64,000 nucleotides of DNA from Octopus sinensis (lineage: Eukaryota). The stretch lies in contig NC_043000.1 in NCBI RefSeq assembly GCF_006345805.1, positions 142,538,001-142,602,000 of the forward strand, read 5' to 3'. Of the stretch, positions 1-11,500 are shown in pieces. The notes below the pieces were generated by a model. The model was not told the origin of the DNA and made no database searches. It was given only the letters and a program-made list of their open reading frames with translations. Positions within the stretch are counted from its first letter, which is position 1, and each line of letters starts with the position of its first letter. The position numbers and the translations under genes are program-made.

Positions 1-429
1 ACCATTTATTAAAACTGATTAAAACTAATAATTTTTTTTCCGTATTACGTCGATTTTCTCGTTAAACCACATGTCTTGCAACCAATTACCAAAGTAAATT
101 GCATTATGGCTGTAACCACCCGTTCCCTAATCAATATATAAGACAATATGCTTCAGTCAAAATATTACGTAGCTGTCAAGACAGAAATTCAAACATGGCT
201 TAAAACAAAATCTCAAAATTTTAACAATAATTTAGCTGAAAATACTTGCTTATACTACGTTAGAGGTAACTGATTTGTCGTATGTAATTATGGTACTTAT
301 ATAGTACTTATATAGTACTTACTGAAAGAATGTGAGCAAAAATTTTAAAAAGGTACGAACAGTTGACGTTCTCAGGTGCAATCGACGATTATTACATTGG
401 AAAGGGAGCTTCTTTAGATCATCATACAA

Positions 430-640
430 GGGCTTTACCCTCATTCGACTCATCAGCTGAAGGCTGGAAAGGACCTCGTGGGAGGCCCCGAAACAGATAC
501 CTGGACGTGAATAAGGAAGATTTCCAGAGGTTCGAGGTCGCCTTGGACGATGCAGATGGGCTGGCATGGGACCAACAACAATGGTGAGCAGTAGTGGATC
601 CTGTCGGCTCTACGCATCATGAAGCTTCTGAGATCATTAA
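430..640 (+). mobile_element. 3' end of an RTE-clade non-LTR retrotransposon (decayed)
   Basis: ORF 363..587 ends GWKGPRGRPRNRYLDVNKEDFQRFEVALDDADGLAWDQQQW. This matches the RPRGRPxxRWxD...AxDRxxW C-terminal signature of RTE-type ORFs. Confidence 0.7.
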
Positions 641-681
641 CCTGGGATGAACCAAGCTCTGATTCCCCATTATATGATTCC

Positions 682-2035
682 CCATAATCTGATATGATAT
701 TTCGGAAAAACATTCCTTCTTCAGATATTCTTAGATGGAGTCACTGCTATAATCGGTTTTCTAACGGCTTTTAATTTTTTAATTTTTTTGGAAGCGTCTC
801 AGCAGTGGTCCACAATTCCTCATGAGAAGTGTGTGAGGTCGGCCATGTCTCAATCTCGTGTATGCTGGTACATCCGTAGCGCTGCTTCTAAGTTACGTAA
901 TATACGTGCAGCTTCCTTTTCCCCCTTCGTTTTTTCTCTTCTCTTCTTATTTTTTGTAATAAACTACAGATGAGTATATTATCAAAATGAATCTACACGC
1001 ATCCAGATGTATCTAAATAATGTATTGATCGCCTGTTGTTAATTTGGGGCCCCAGTCTTTGTATGTGTATAGATTTCTTAATTCTTAAATTATCCAAATT
1101 TCTTTCATTGGCCCCAATTTTGACTTTTATGCCTTTGACGGTGTTCCAGCATCAGTGTAGATGTTTTCTGATGTGTTCGCCGAAGGAATAGAAAACCCAG
1201 CAACATATTCTTCTTTAAAATACCCCATTTTAGCGAGAGGATAACTACATCCATCCGAAGAGCCATACGAAGTGTAGGGCTAGACATACAACTAGCCCAC
1301 TCCGGCCCCTCTCCGAGAGGACACTTCACTAAGAAACAAGCAAGCAACAACAATCTATGTACACTAACACACTTTCCCACCTGTGACACAGACTCATGCC
1401 AACGGGTAAATGTTGTGTATAGAATACAATGTAACAAATGCAATAAGTTCTATGTGGGTAGCACAACAAGACCATTACACTTCCGCATCAAAGAATGTCT
1501 GAACACGAGAGCTTCCGCCTTCAGAAAACATCTAGACGGATGCCGAAACACCAACAAAAGCATAACAGTCACAATTGAGGCTAATGAAAGACATTTGGGT
1601 AAATTAAGAATTAAGGAAGCTATACTCATCCGCAGACCGGGGCCCCAAATTAACAACAGGCTGGAGGTTTGCAATCAATTCATTATTTAGATACATCTGG
1701 ATTCGTGTAGGTTCATTTTTGATAATATACTCATCTGTAGTTTATAAGAAAAGTAAAAAAAAGAGGAGTGAAAAAACGGAGGGGGAAAAGGATGCTGCAC
1801 GTATAATACGTAACTTAGAAGCAGCGTTACATATTTACCAGAACACACGAGATTGAGACATGGCCGACCTCACACACTTCTCATGAGGAATTCCGGGAGG
1901 AGCATCGTGAGACCACTGCTGAAACGCTTCCGCTAAATAAAAAAGAGAAGCCGTTAGAAAACCGATTATAGCAGCCACTCCATCTAAGAATATCTAAAGA
2001 AGAATATTATTCCGAAATATCATATCAGATTATGG
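682..2035 (+). mobile_element. Penelope-like element 3' part with inverted terminal duplication (left arm ~682-1170 is the reverse complement of ~1520-2035)
   Basis: The arms align by eye over ~490 bp, e.g. GCCGTTAGAAAACCGATTATAGCAG and CCGAAATATCATATCAGATTATGG. A GIY-YIG frame lies between and overlaps the right arm. Confidence 0.85.
1178..1690 (+). pseudogene. Penelope linker plus GIY-YIG endonuclease, 5'-truncated
   Basis: Continuous frame KIPHFSERITTSIRRAIRSVGLD...VVYRIQCNKCNKFYVGSTTRPLHFRIKE...KEAILIRRPGPQINNRLE. It extends track ORF 1415..1690 upstream. Confidence 0.85.
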
Positions 2036-3889
2036 ATAACTAAATTGCAACAGGTATATAGCCCATTGTCCGTATTATAGTGCATTGTTGTACCACTGAA
2101 AACTTTTTATTCGTTACAAACAATACGCAATGCTTCAAGCGAACTACAATACTCTCTTATATACATAAATATATATATATATATCCCTCACCGACGCACA
2201 ACTACACATGGCAGTACATTCAAATACAAGGAAATATACTACTTTTTGTATCTGTGTGTGTATGTGTAGACACAGATGCACAGACAATGAGTCATACACT
2301 CGTACACACGCAGAAATACAGACACTTATATACACATATATTCCTATGTTTGTATGTATGCATTTATGTACCTCTGTATTGTATTCGAGTTCGTTAAATT
2401 TATATTTGTATCTGAATATATGTATAAGAGAAGGATTCAACTCAGTAGGTAATCACTGTCAAAATTACTGACAAGTTTTTGTAAACATTTGTTAATCAAT
2501 CTCACAAAATATTACGTAACTATCAGCGTAAATATTTATTCTCATTCTTCTACTGTGTTGCTACGCTGTTATATATTGGAATAGCATGACACAGCTGTAG
2601 GCTATTCATTACTACCAACAGTGTGCTGTTTTTCTCCTTCCTGAAGGCTTAGATTTCATTTCATTTTCTACTTCATTCACATTTCTCCATGGTTAAATTA
2701 TTCAACAAAACTGTATATGCGTGAGGTTGTGTACGTCTTTAAACACAGTCATACATATGTGAGTGTATATGTGTGTGTGCATGTCCATTTGCAGGTATAC
2801 ATACATATGTATATATGCATATGTTGTGTGTATATGTGATATTCACAATCGTATTTATAAATGTCTATAATACAATAGTGTTTACACGAAGAAAATCAGT
2901 GTACTCAATACCTATAGACATAAATTTCTTTAAAGACACAGGCACTTATTGACAATACAGTTTCTTTGTTATGAAATTTACGTAAATTTTTGCAGATTTT
3001 GTTGAAGATTGCTCTGTTTTGGCGAAGATAGAAACTTGAGTAATGTTTTGTTATACCAAAGAAATGTTATTTAAAATATACCGCTAAGCGATGAGTGGAG
3101 ATTATGATAGCATCAATGAGTTCATGATATGTTGAGTTAGAAGCAAGTTCCCAGGAACAGAAATGGCAACAATTATAGCTATTGGTAGTGCATCGTAGTG
3201 AAAATCCAGGGTGCATGACATTTGTACATACTTAGCAACTGAGTCATCCATTCAGGTGATGATATAATCTTGTAGAGTTTCCTAAAGTGCTTATTGAGGT
3301 GGCAACATTCGGTGAAGGTAGGTGATTTAAATTTTATATAGCCTACTTATATATTAATATAACCTGCATGGTCTGCACATTTTCTGTATAGATCTTCGAA
3401 TTCAATTTGCATGATGAAGCATGTTACTTTATGTACCAGACATAATTAGATAACTTTTGGCTCATTTATCTGTTCTTATTGCCGAAGAAAGATCCTTGGT
3501 TGAGGAAATGTTGATTAAGTTGGTTTATACATTTATCTTGAACGATATATACATACGCATGATGTTTACATTTGTTTTATTTGGTAAAATGATATCCGTA
3601 TTGTAGATTATTGTCTCTACTATGAATGGTTAATTAGATAAGCAGAGACTTATAAAGTTGCCTCTAGACAAACAGAATCGGTTTTCCATGGGAAGATTTC
3701 TTATTTTTAACACGGTAAAAAATTATTTCCATTGTTATAGACCCTCGATAATTTGAAAAGCTAAGTGCTTCAAGAACTTAATCACTGTTAAAAACTCCTA
3801 GTCTCATTTATTTGAAAGTCATAAGTTCTTTGCCTCTTCAGGAAAATTGAATATAGAGAGCTTTAAAGTATTCTTAAAACCGCAATATG

Positions 3890-3899
3890 TACATATATA

Positions 3900-3989
<90 letters not shown>

Positions 3990-4012
3990 TGTATGTATGT
4001 ATGTATATGTAT
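3890..4012. repeat. (TA)n/(TATG)n compound microsatellite
   Basis: Direct inspection. Confidence 0.95.
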
Positions 4013-4199
4013 AATATAGGCATTGATAGAAGACACAAAATACATAAAAATATACATACAAATCATATGAACATATAAAAATGTGCATGAATATATAACG
4101 AAAATATAAAATGGTATGCAAGTGCCTGAACTCGGTACATCCGTGTTAGAAAGAAGGAAGAAAGTTATAAATACCTGGATAATATGTGACAATATACAT

Positions 4200-4600
4200 A
4201 ATTAATTAAAAGATATTCAAAGTATTCCATGGCCGAGATAAAGTATAATCCTCATCCTACGATTGTTTCGGGATATATATTACTGGGGGTGGATAATGTA
4301 TTCCTGTCATATAAACAGTTCCTTCATCAGGGAACACATAATAGACTTAAAGTCCTCTATATTTAGAATAGAGAAAATAGAAAAATAGAACAAAAAACAG
4401 AAACGTGTAGAGTGTAGAAATGAAAAGACCGCAGATAACTCTAATAAATAAATATGAACTACAAGAGAGGTTGTATGGAGTTAATGTATTTCAGACGAGT
4501 TGGTTATATACTATGGTTGAATCTATTACTTTAAATTTTGTATACAAGTTAGCAATTATTAATAATTTAGATCGAAAATATTTAGAAGCTGAAAAGTATT
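4200..4600 (-). mobile_element. Decayed Penelope-like 3' end/pLTR
   Basis: Minus frame ...TRLKYINSIQPLL* resembles the PLE endonuclease C-terminus and is followed by the hammerhead motif. Confidence 0.4.
4255..4333 (-). ncRNA. Candidate minimal type I hammerhead ribozyme in a decayed Penelope 3' region
   Basis: Minus strand reads UCC-CUGAUGA-AGGA...UCC-CGAA-ACAAUCGU-A-GGA. Both core strands are present, with a GUA triplet, near-palindromic stem III and 3-bp stem I. Confidence 0.55.
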
Positions 4601-4672
4601 TATGCCCATAAAATATCAGTGCTTCAGAGATCTTATTTAGTAGGAGTTTCCTATTATTGGAAGTTACATGTA

Positions 4673-4795
4673 TGGATCGAAACAGTTTGATTCAAATTCG
4701 TTGGTACTCCGATTTTCAATCTACAATGGCGTGAGATTAGTAGCACACTTGAAAGTCGGAGTACCAACAAATTTGAATCAAATTGCTTGGATCCC
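4673..4795. mobile_element. ~123-bp MITE-like hairpin with TA flanks
   Basis: Core arms 4684-4719 and 4749-4784 match at 33/36. They extend imperfectly to 4674/4794, with TA at 4671-72 and 4796-97. Confidence 0.6.
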
Positions 4796-4811
4796 TATAT
4801 ATATATACATG

Positions 4812-4973
4812 CGTACGAAGGGGTTCTTTTAGTTTCCCTCTTCCAAATCCACTCATAGGGCTTCGGCCTGCCCAAGGCAAAAGTAGAAGACACTTGCTCA
4901 AGGCTTCACGCAATGAGACTGCACCCTGAACAATGTGGTTAGGAAGCTAGCTTCTTACCTCACAGCCACACCT
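4812..4973 (-). mobile_element. SINE-A 5' half (diverged)
   Basis: Reverse complement of the GGCTGTGTGGTAAG...GCAAGTGTCTTCTAC head seen in full copies. Confidence 0.75.
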
Positions 4974-5871
4974 TTATCAGATTTAATGTCTTCTGTATTT
5001 TTATTTCTTGTCTATTCTGATGTAATTGTTCTAGTGTATGTCAGTCCGTACAGAAGAATGCAATTCATAAAGTATATTATCACACACACACACACACAAA
5101 CACACACACAAACACATGCACACACAGACACACACGCCCACAGACACACGCACATGTATATGTTTATAAATTTTAGCAACCCTTCACTTTCCTCAAACAC
5201 TTGATTTTAAATGTGATTGTATTTCACTTTATGTAATACACAACAAACAATACACAAGGTAAAGTGTTCTGACATTTTCTTAAACTCTACTTGACAGGAT
5301 AGAGTCATTTTAACAAATGACGTTAGTTTTCTTTCGGAAATCTTTTAAACTCGGTATCTGTTGCTACCTTCCCGTTTACCTGTATCTGTGATGGATTAAG
5401 ACTTACTTAATATTACGATATTAATCCCTAACGCAAAAACGATGGAAATAATCAATAAGACTATCTCTACCAATTCAAAAGTAAAATAATGAAAAATTTA
5501 CCTCAGGGTGATTTGAAATTAGCTACTAAATCTCTATATTCAAGCACTTCAGATCATTTTGCTCTGATACTCTGACATTTCAGGTTTCTATTCCTTGCCG
5601 CGAATTCTGTATAAGATATTTATATTTTCAAACGCCTTTAATTTTTTAACGTTTTCCTATCTAGTTCTCTGTTGTGCTTGGCAATATAAAATATTGAATT
5701 GACATCTTGTTATGGATGCATTATCCGTCGGCGAGAAACTGGTTTACTTTCATGTCTATTGTAATAGTTAGGTATGAATTTTACAAAATTCATCTACGCA
5801 TATGAATGCGTACGTTACTTTTGTTATTTCAAGTTTGTTGACATTCTTGCATGTGATTGTTATATTTATTC

Positions 5872-5875
5872 ATTT

Positions 5876-5921
<46 letters not shown>

Positions 5922-5964
5922 CCATCACCTTCATCATCATCATCATCATCATCGTCGTCGTCGA

Positions 5965-6002
<38 letters not shown>

Positions 6003-6010
6003 ACAACAAT
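5872..6010. repeat. (CAT)n microsatellite
   Basis: Direct inspection; source of the poly-H/I/S pseudo-ORFs. Confidence 0.95.
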
Positions 6011-7234
6011 ATCGATATTTTCTTTTAAATTTTGAAACATTAATACTCATTAGATATTCATTCTGTCTGTAGACTAGTTTGATATGTTCATCTGTTTTGC
6101 AGTTTGCAGCAACACACGAACCACCAACCACACACGCACACAAACAATAACAACACTCATAACTGCTTTTCCATAATTACAGTTTTCACATACTATGTTA
6201 CTCTTTGTACTTCTATTGAAATTTTTCTTCTGTAATGTAGAAAGAATTTTCTGCATATACATTCTGATCAAAATATTATTCACTGATGCCTGAATATCTT
6301 AGGTTCTTTGAAGATTTGTAAAACCTGCGTTGTAACTGAATTCCGACAAAATGTGTGATGTAAGTATCCACTTGAGAAATGACGAAACAAAAGCTCACTT
6401 AGAGAAATCAAACGTTACTGAGAATTACTCTTAAAATAAGATATATGACATGTTTGAAAATTCTAAATCTCAAGAGACAGCACAATGCCATCCAGGAATT
6501 ATTTCGTGGTATTTGGTTAACTTGAAACCTTAATTGTAAGAAGTTTTTTTCACCATGTTATGTGAAATGTTAGGAAATTACGCTCTTTACATGCATGTGC
6601 TTGAAAGTTTCATATCTCCATATATATTTATGTTTAAATTATAAATATTCCCATTAGATTAACGTCTATTTTAGCTACGTCAATGTTGTCGCATGACCAT
6701 CTTTATCTTTTATTTCTCATGGTGAGAATAAAATACTTTAGTCCAACTTATGCGAGATATGCACAATCTACACGTTACTCAGAAAATATTACTAAAATAT
6801 TTTAAAGAGCAATATGAAAAGCAAAAATGTTTGTGTAACGATAATATATATGCTCGTAACAATATACACAGATGGGCGTTGTAGTTAGCTTGAATCATTA
6901 TACTATAGAAGTAGAACAGTGAATAAAATGAAAAATAAGGAAGGCTTCTAACAATGCAGAAAGTTGAAGGAAACTTTACATTTCGGGTGCAGTGGTCAAT
7001 CTTCTGAAAAATAGTCAAAGAAATGTGTGCTTACATAGATACTGTCATTTTGGAGAGTCTGGTGCTTGAGCTATAAGCTGCAGCTCCGCAAAGGTTCACA
7101 TTGGTACCATAGAGGACACATTGAGAATAGTAGAGCTTGGGACAGGGAATACTAAATGTAGGTTGGCAGCAGTAGTGGTAAAGGTGATTGTCTATAAGGG
7201 TAAATGCCGTGATAGTAGTAGTGGCAATCGGTAC

Positions 7235-7445
7235 TCCAAATGCGGAAACTATTACATCGGTAGTATAGCCCGACCGCTCAGCATCCGTCTAAAGGAGCAC
7301 CTGACTACCAACGCGTCTTCCTTTCACATACTATTACCCAAAGCGGAAATACCACCAAAAATATGAATGCCTCCATACTTCCCTCAGAGAGGAATACAGG
7401 AAATCACCAACGTAAACCGAAAATCAATGGTCGATCGAAAATTAG
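7235..7445 (+). mobile_element. Penelope GIY-YIG fragment related to the 1178-1690 copy
   Basis: SKCGNYYIGSIARPLSIRLKEHLTTNASSFH in ORF 7121..7366. Confidence 0.75.
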
Positions 7446-7461
7446 GCTGCTGGCTAATATA

Positions 7462-7619
7462 GGCGCAGGAGTGGCTGTGTGGTAAGTAGCTTGCTAACCA
7501 ACCACATAGTTCCGGGTTCAGTCCCACTGCGTGGCATCTTGGGCAAGTGTCTTCTGCTATAGCCTCGGGCCGACCAAAGCCTTGTAAGTGGAAACTGAAA
7601 GAAGCCTGTCGTATATATG

Positions 7620-7667
<48 letters not shown>

Positions 7668-7874
7668 TGTGTTTGTCCCCCTAGCATTGCTTGACAACCG
7701 ATGCTGGTGTTTTTACGTCCCCGTCACTTAGCGGTTCGGCAAAAGAGACCGATAGAATAAGTACTGGGCTTACAAAGAATAAGTCGCGGGGTCGATTTGC
7801 TCGACTAAAGGCGGTGCTTCAGCATGGCCGCAGTCAAATGATTGAAACAAGTAAAAGAGTAAAAGAGTAAGAGT
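7462..7874 (+). mobile_element. SINE-A full length (tRNA-like head, internal TA/TG microsatellite, TAAAAGAG tail repeats)
   Basis: A-box-like TGGCTGTGTGG, B-box-like GGTTCAGTCC. Matches copies at 31761, 35861 and 44355. Confidence 0.9.
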
Positions 7875-8221
7875 ATATACTACCAAACACTCCTTATATC
7901 ACTGCGATCCGGACTAACACCCTCATCACTACTACAGGGATTAGTACTGCAACCTACCAACATCATATTCGCTGCTACCACACCCTCCACCACTGCTACA
8001 GCCTGCCGAGGAATGTTTGTTGTTGACTGCCATCAAGCACAGCCTACGACAACTACAAGAACATACACCACCAACGTCGTCACCGACTACTGCAACAACT
8101 ACAGCAACTGCATTCACCACCAGAAACAACCGCGTTAACCACCTCGGTTGCTAACTTACAGCCATTCTTCACTGTCGCCATCACTTCTTGTACACACATA
8201 CATATATATATACATATATAC

Positions 8222-8382
8222 AACGGACGTCTTTCAGTTTCCGTCTACCAAATCCACTCACAAGTATTTGGTCAGCCCGAGGTTACAGTGGAAGACACTT
8301 GCCCAAGGTGCCATGCAGTGGGATTGAAGCCGGCACCATGTGGCTGGTAAGTAATCTACTTACCACACAGCTACTCCTGCGC
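8222..8382 (-). mobile_element. SINE-A 5' half
   Basis: Reverse complement of the SINE-A head, abutting a CA/TA microsatellite. Confidence 0.85.
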
Positions 8383-8589
8383 TATTAGATGAAAATTTTT
8401 TATACATCCTCTATATTTTTACGTGTGTGTGTATGTGTGCGCGCGAGTGTGTTTGTATGCTTATGTACACTATAAAAGACAGCAAACATGGTATTTATGC
8501 ATTATAAAGCATACAATTGTTTGGTATGAAAGGCCACATTTGACAGCGTGGACTGGATGCTTTTACGTGACACCAACACGGTGCCATAT

Positions 8590-8703
8590 ATTAATGTGTG
8601 TGTTTTTGTGTTTTTGTCCTGTAATTACTGTCCACGCCTTGTATCTATCTCTCGTATGTATGTTATTTGCACTGTTGGTGACGTCCTGTACCCATATGTA
8701 CAA

Positions 8704-8705
<2 letters not shown>
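8590..8705 (+). mobile_element. Terminal fragment of repeat family E (see 10460-11160)
   Basis: TTTTGTCCTGTAATTACTGTC...TATGTTATTTG is shared with ~11070-11150. Confidence 0.7.
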
Positions 8706-8744
<39 letters not shown>

Positions 8745-8750
8745 CATATA

Positions 8751-9147
8751 CTAGCAGTATCACCCGGCGTTGCTCGGGTTTGTAAGGGAAATAACTATAT
8801 AAGCATTTTTAGAGAGTTATAGCCGAAAAATAGCAAAAAAATGCATTAAAAATGGAAAAAAATGATGCTAAATTTTTTTTTAAATCGTTGACTCATCGTA
8901 GACATTTTTAGAGAGTTAGTTCCCTTATATGATAGCGAAGAAAATGCATTAAAATGGAAAAAAATGATTGTAATTTTTTTTTAAATCGTAGGCTCATCGT
9001 AGACGCGCGCTAATACCCAGAAGGGCTCGATATGAATCACGACTATAAGATACCCGGTTTTGGTTAAACTGCACCGCAAAATGTGGGAGTAGTTAGGAAT
9101 CTAAATCGTAGGAGACAGACACACAACTTCACTTTTATATATAAAGA
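8751..9147 (-). mobile_element. Non-autonomous Helitron 1
   Basis: Minus strand starts A|TC (TCTTTATATATAAAAG) and ends CTAG|T, with an ACCCG/CGGGT hairpin 11 nt before the end. It carries an internal direct duplication. Confidence 0.8.
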
Positions 9148-9194
9148 TATGTTATATTATTGTATTATATTATATTATATTATATTATATTATA

Positions 9195-9583
9195 CTAGCA
9201 GTATCACCCGGCATTGCTCGGGTTTGTTTCGACCCTTTAGAATTGGAATTTTTGAAAAGTAAAAATTTTGCATTCTGTAGCTTGTTATTCTCTATAAGTG
9301 AACATTTTTCTGGTTGAAATACACCGAAAAATGGCGACACAGCAGTCAAAAAATCGTAAAAAATAGGGATTTTCATAGAAAAAAAGCATCTTCTTGATGT
9401 AAATAAGTTTTGGTGTTAACATGGTCCGATTTGAATCTTTTTCTTCTACGGAAGGAAGAGCAAGCCTTCTTCTATCGTACTCTCAATTTTGGTCAACTTG
9501 CGCCGCATGGTCTCGCAGGAGATAGTGTTAGTTGAAGGCTACGAAACCTGCCATACACAGACAACTTCAGCTTTATATATAGA
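9195..9583 (-). mobile_element. Non-autonomous Helitron 2
   Basis: Its 3' ~30 bp (hairpin plus CTAG) are nearly identical to Helitron 1. The 5' end is TCTATATATAAAGCTGAAGTTG and the interior differs. Confidence 0.8.
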
Positions 9584-10426
9584 CTACTCGTAACCTGTTG
9601 GGTCACCGGAAATGTCTGAGTTTCCCAGCAACAGAGTTTTGTCTCGTGGGTTTTTTCTTCTTTTTCCAGATTATTTTGTATGCTTTCAACGAATGTAACT
9701 TCGAAACCACGAGTAAGCAGCTCCTTTCCCCAGGAAAGGAAAGATTTAGCTGCTATTTTTTGCATGCCCTGCTACCACATAACAGGTATTTCGGGTTCTT
9801 TATCGCAAATAGTGGTTACGTGGTGGCGGGGCATGCTAGAAATAGCAGCCAAATATTTGGAATTGAGATACGTTGAATGCACTCGGAAAAAAACCTATGG
9901 GGAAAAAATTACTTCCCACTGGGGTTACGAACAGGACTTTTACGAAATATTTACGCCAAAAAGAATTTTTGTAATGGTATTCACTTGAAAATAATTTTTT
10001 AAAACCATTGAAATATTGTATGTTTAAAGAAAACTAAAATATAAATACTTGTTGTACAAAGAACTTACACTTTTGAAATCACATTCACTTTAAAATATTA
10101 CTAAATGATTAGATTGTGTTTAGTAAAAGCGAAAATAGAAACATTTTTCGTTGTCCAGTCACTGTATAGCCGAAAGGTAAAAGTTACTTCCCCAAGTTAA
10201 TTTCGGAACCATTTCCTATTACGCACCGTTTGGGGTATTTATACCCGGCAAACCCTTAATATCTTCACAACAGCTACTTATCACGAATTTTAACCCTCAC
10301 AGCTCACATCCTCACCACGCATTTAGTATCCCTGCCAATTTTCAGCTCGATCTTAGCACGTCTAGTGCCATTGAATCCTTACCAAAGCCAAAGTGTCAAG
10401 TTTTTTTCCTCTTTTATATAGGTAGA
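9584..10426 (-). mobile_element. Non-autonomous Helitron 3
   Basis: 5' A|TCTACCTATATAAAAG; 3' GTGACC/GGTTAC hairpin then GTAG|T (variant of CTAG). Confidence 0.55.
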
Positions 10427-10459
10427 TTATATTATATATTATTTATTATTTACTATTTA

Positions 10460-11160
10460 TTATTTAATTGAACGCGGCGCATCCATTCCCAAATAGGTTT
10501 ATCTTTACCTATTCTATGCGACTCTCATTACCGTTTTCTTCTTATTGCCTTTGCTTCCCTCTTCCTCCAGGCTTCTCTAATTCCCTTTTTTCTCCCGCTC
10601 CTCCGTTCACCGATTTCTATATGTTTCTCCTTCCCTTCTTTCTCTCTCCCCTCTTTCTCTCACGGGACCATCTTCCATCGTTTCCTCACGTGACCAGCGT
10701 TCTTTTCCTGCTCGGACGTCTAAACGCGTGTACATGTTTTTATCTCTCTCTCCTATCTTCTCCAAACGAAAAATGTTTTTCCCAGCGTTCACTATTTTCC
10801 TTTCGTTCCGGTCTAACGACATTCCATGTTTGTTTTCGTTCGGTTTCCTTGTATGTCTCCACTGCCGTTTTGTTTTTGTTCCCAACAATGACCATCCATA
10901 AATCCTACATTTTATTACAGAATTTATGGGGTTTCCTGTCTTTGAAGACTCATATTGTCGTTTGAATGCTGGAAATGAGGAGTAGATAGTCGACAGCTGA
11001 CGACGGGTCCTTTTTCTCTGTTAACTTGTTCTGTTTTGCATTTTTCTCGTTGTCTACGTATTTCACGCGTTTTTGTCCTGTAATTACTGTCTACGTCTTG
11101 TACCTATCTCTCTTGTGTATGTTATTTGTACCGTGGGGATGACCTGCACCCAAATAGGCA
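10460..11160 (+). mobile_element. Unclassified ~700-bp interspersed repeat (family E), pyrimidine-rich, ending in a TA microsatellite
   Basis: Collinear with 55070-55710 (TTGAACGC start, CACGTGACCA, TTTTTGTTCCCAAC, GAAATGAGG.GTAGATAG). Confidence 0.75.
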
Positions 11161-11162
11161 TG

Positions 11163-11205
<43 letters not shown>

Positions 11206-11275
11206 TATATATATATTATATTATATTATTTATTTGATACATATATATATATATATAATATATATATATATATAC

Positions 11276-11325
<50 letters not shown>

Positions 11326-11480
11326 TTAAATATATACATCTATATACGTACATGATGGATTTGGAAATTCGTTTTCCCACCTAATTCAAATTAATATATA
11401 CATATATATACACACACATACACACATATATATACATACATATACATACACACACAGACAGACAGACACACATATATACA
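11160..11480. repeat. (TA)n/(CA)n/(CAGA)n microsatellite block
   Basis: Direct inspection. Confidence 0.95.
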
Positions 11481-11500
11481 TATACAGCTTAATATAAAGA
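11455..11500 (-). mobile_element. Helitron-like 5' terminus fragment
   Basis: A|TCTTTATATTAAGCTG resembles the 5' ends of Helitrons 1 and 2; no matching 3' end was found. Confidence 0.35.

Noticed and set aside
1876-1930. CUCAUGAG...GAAACGC in the Penelope 3' UTR as a hammerhead
   Set aside because: Both arms read CTCATGA rather than CTGATGA, and no G10.1-C11.1 stem II can be drawn.
3863-4192. Many 60-200 aa ORFs rich in YI, HT, CV, poly-I/S/H here and throughout the window
   Set aside because: They are translations of TA, CA, CAT, ATT and TCTA microsatellites that lack stops in some frames.
6303-6365. AG...GTAAGT-bounded 57-nt candidate exon
   Set aside because: All three frames contain a stop, the polypyrimidine tract is weak and no partner exons were found.
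7885-8190. Thr/His/Gln-rich, mucin-like reading frames
   Set aside because: Degenerate CAN/ACN trinucleotide sequence with no splice support or domain.
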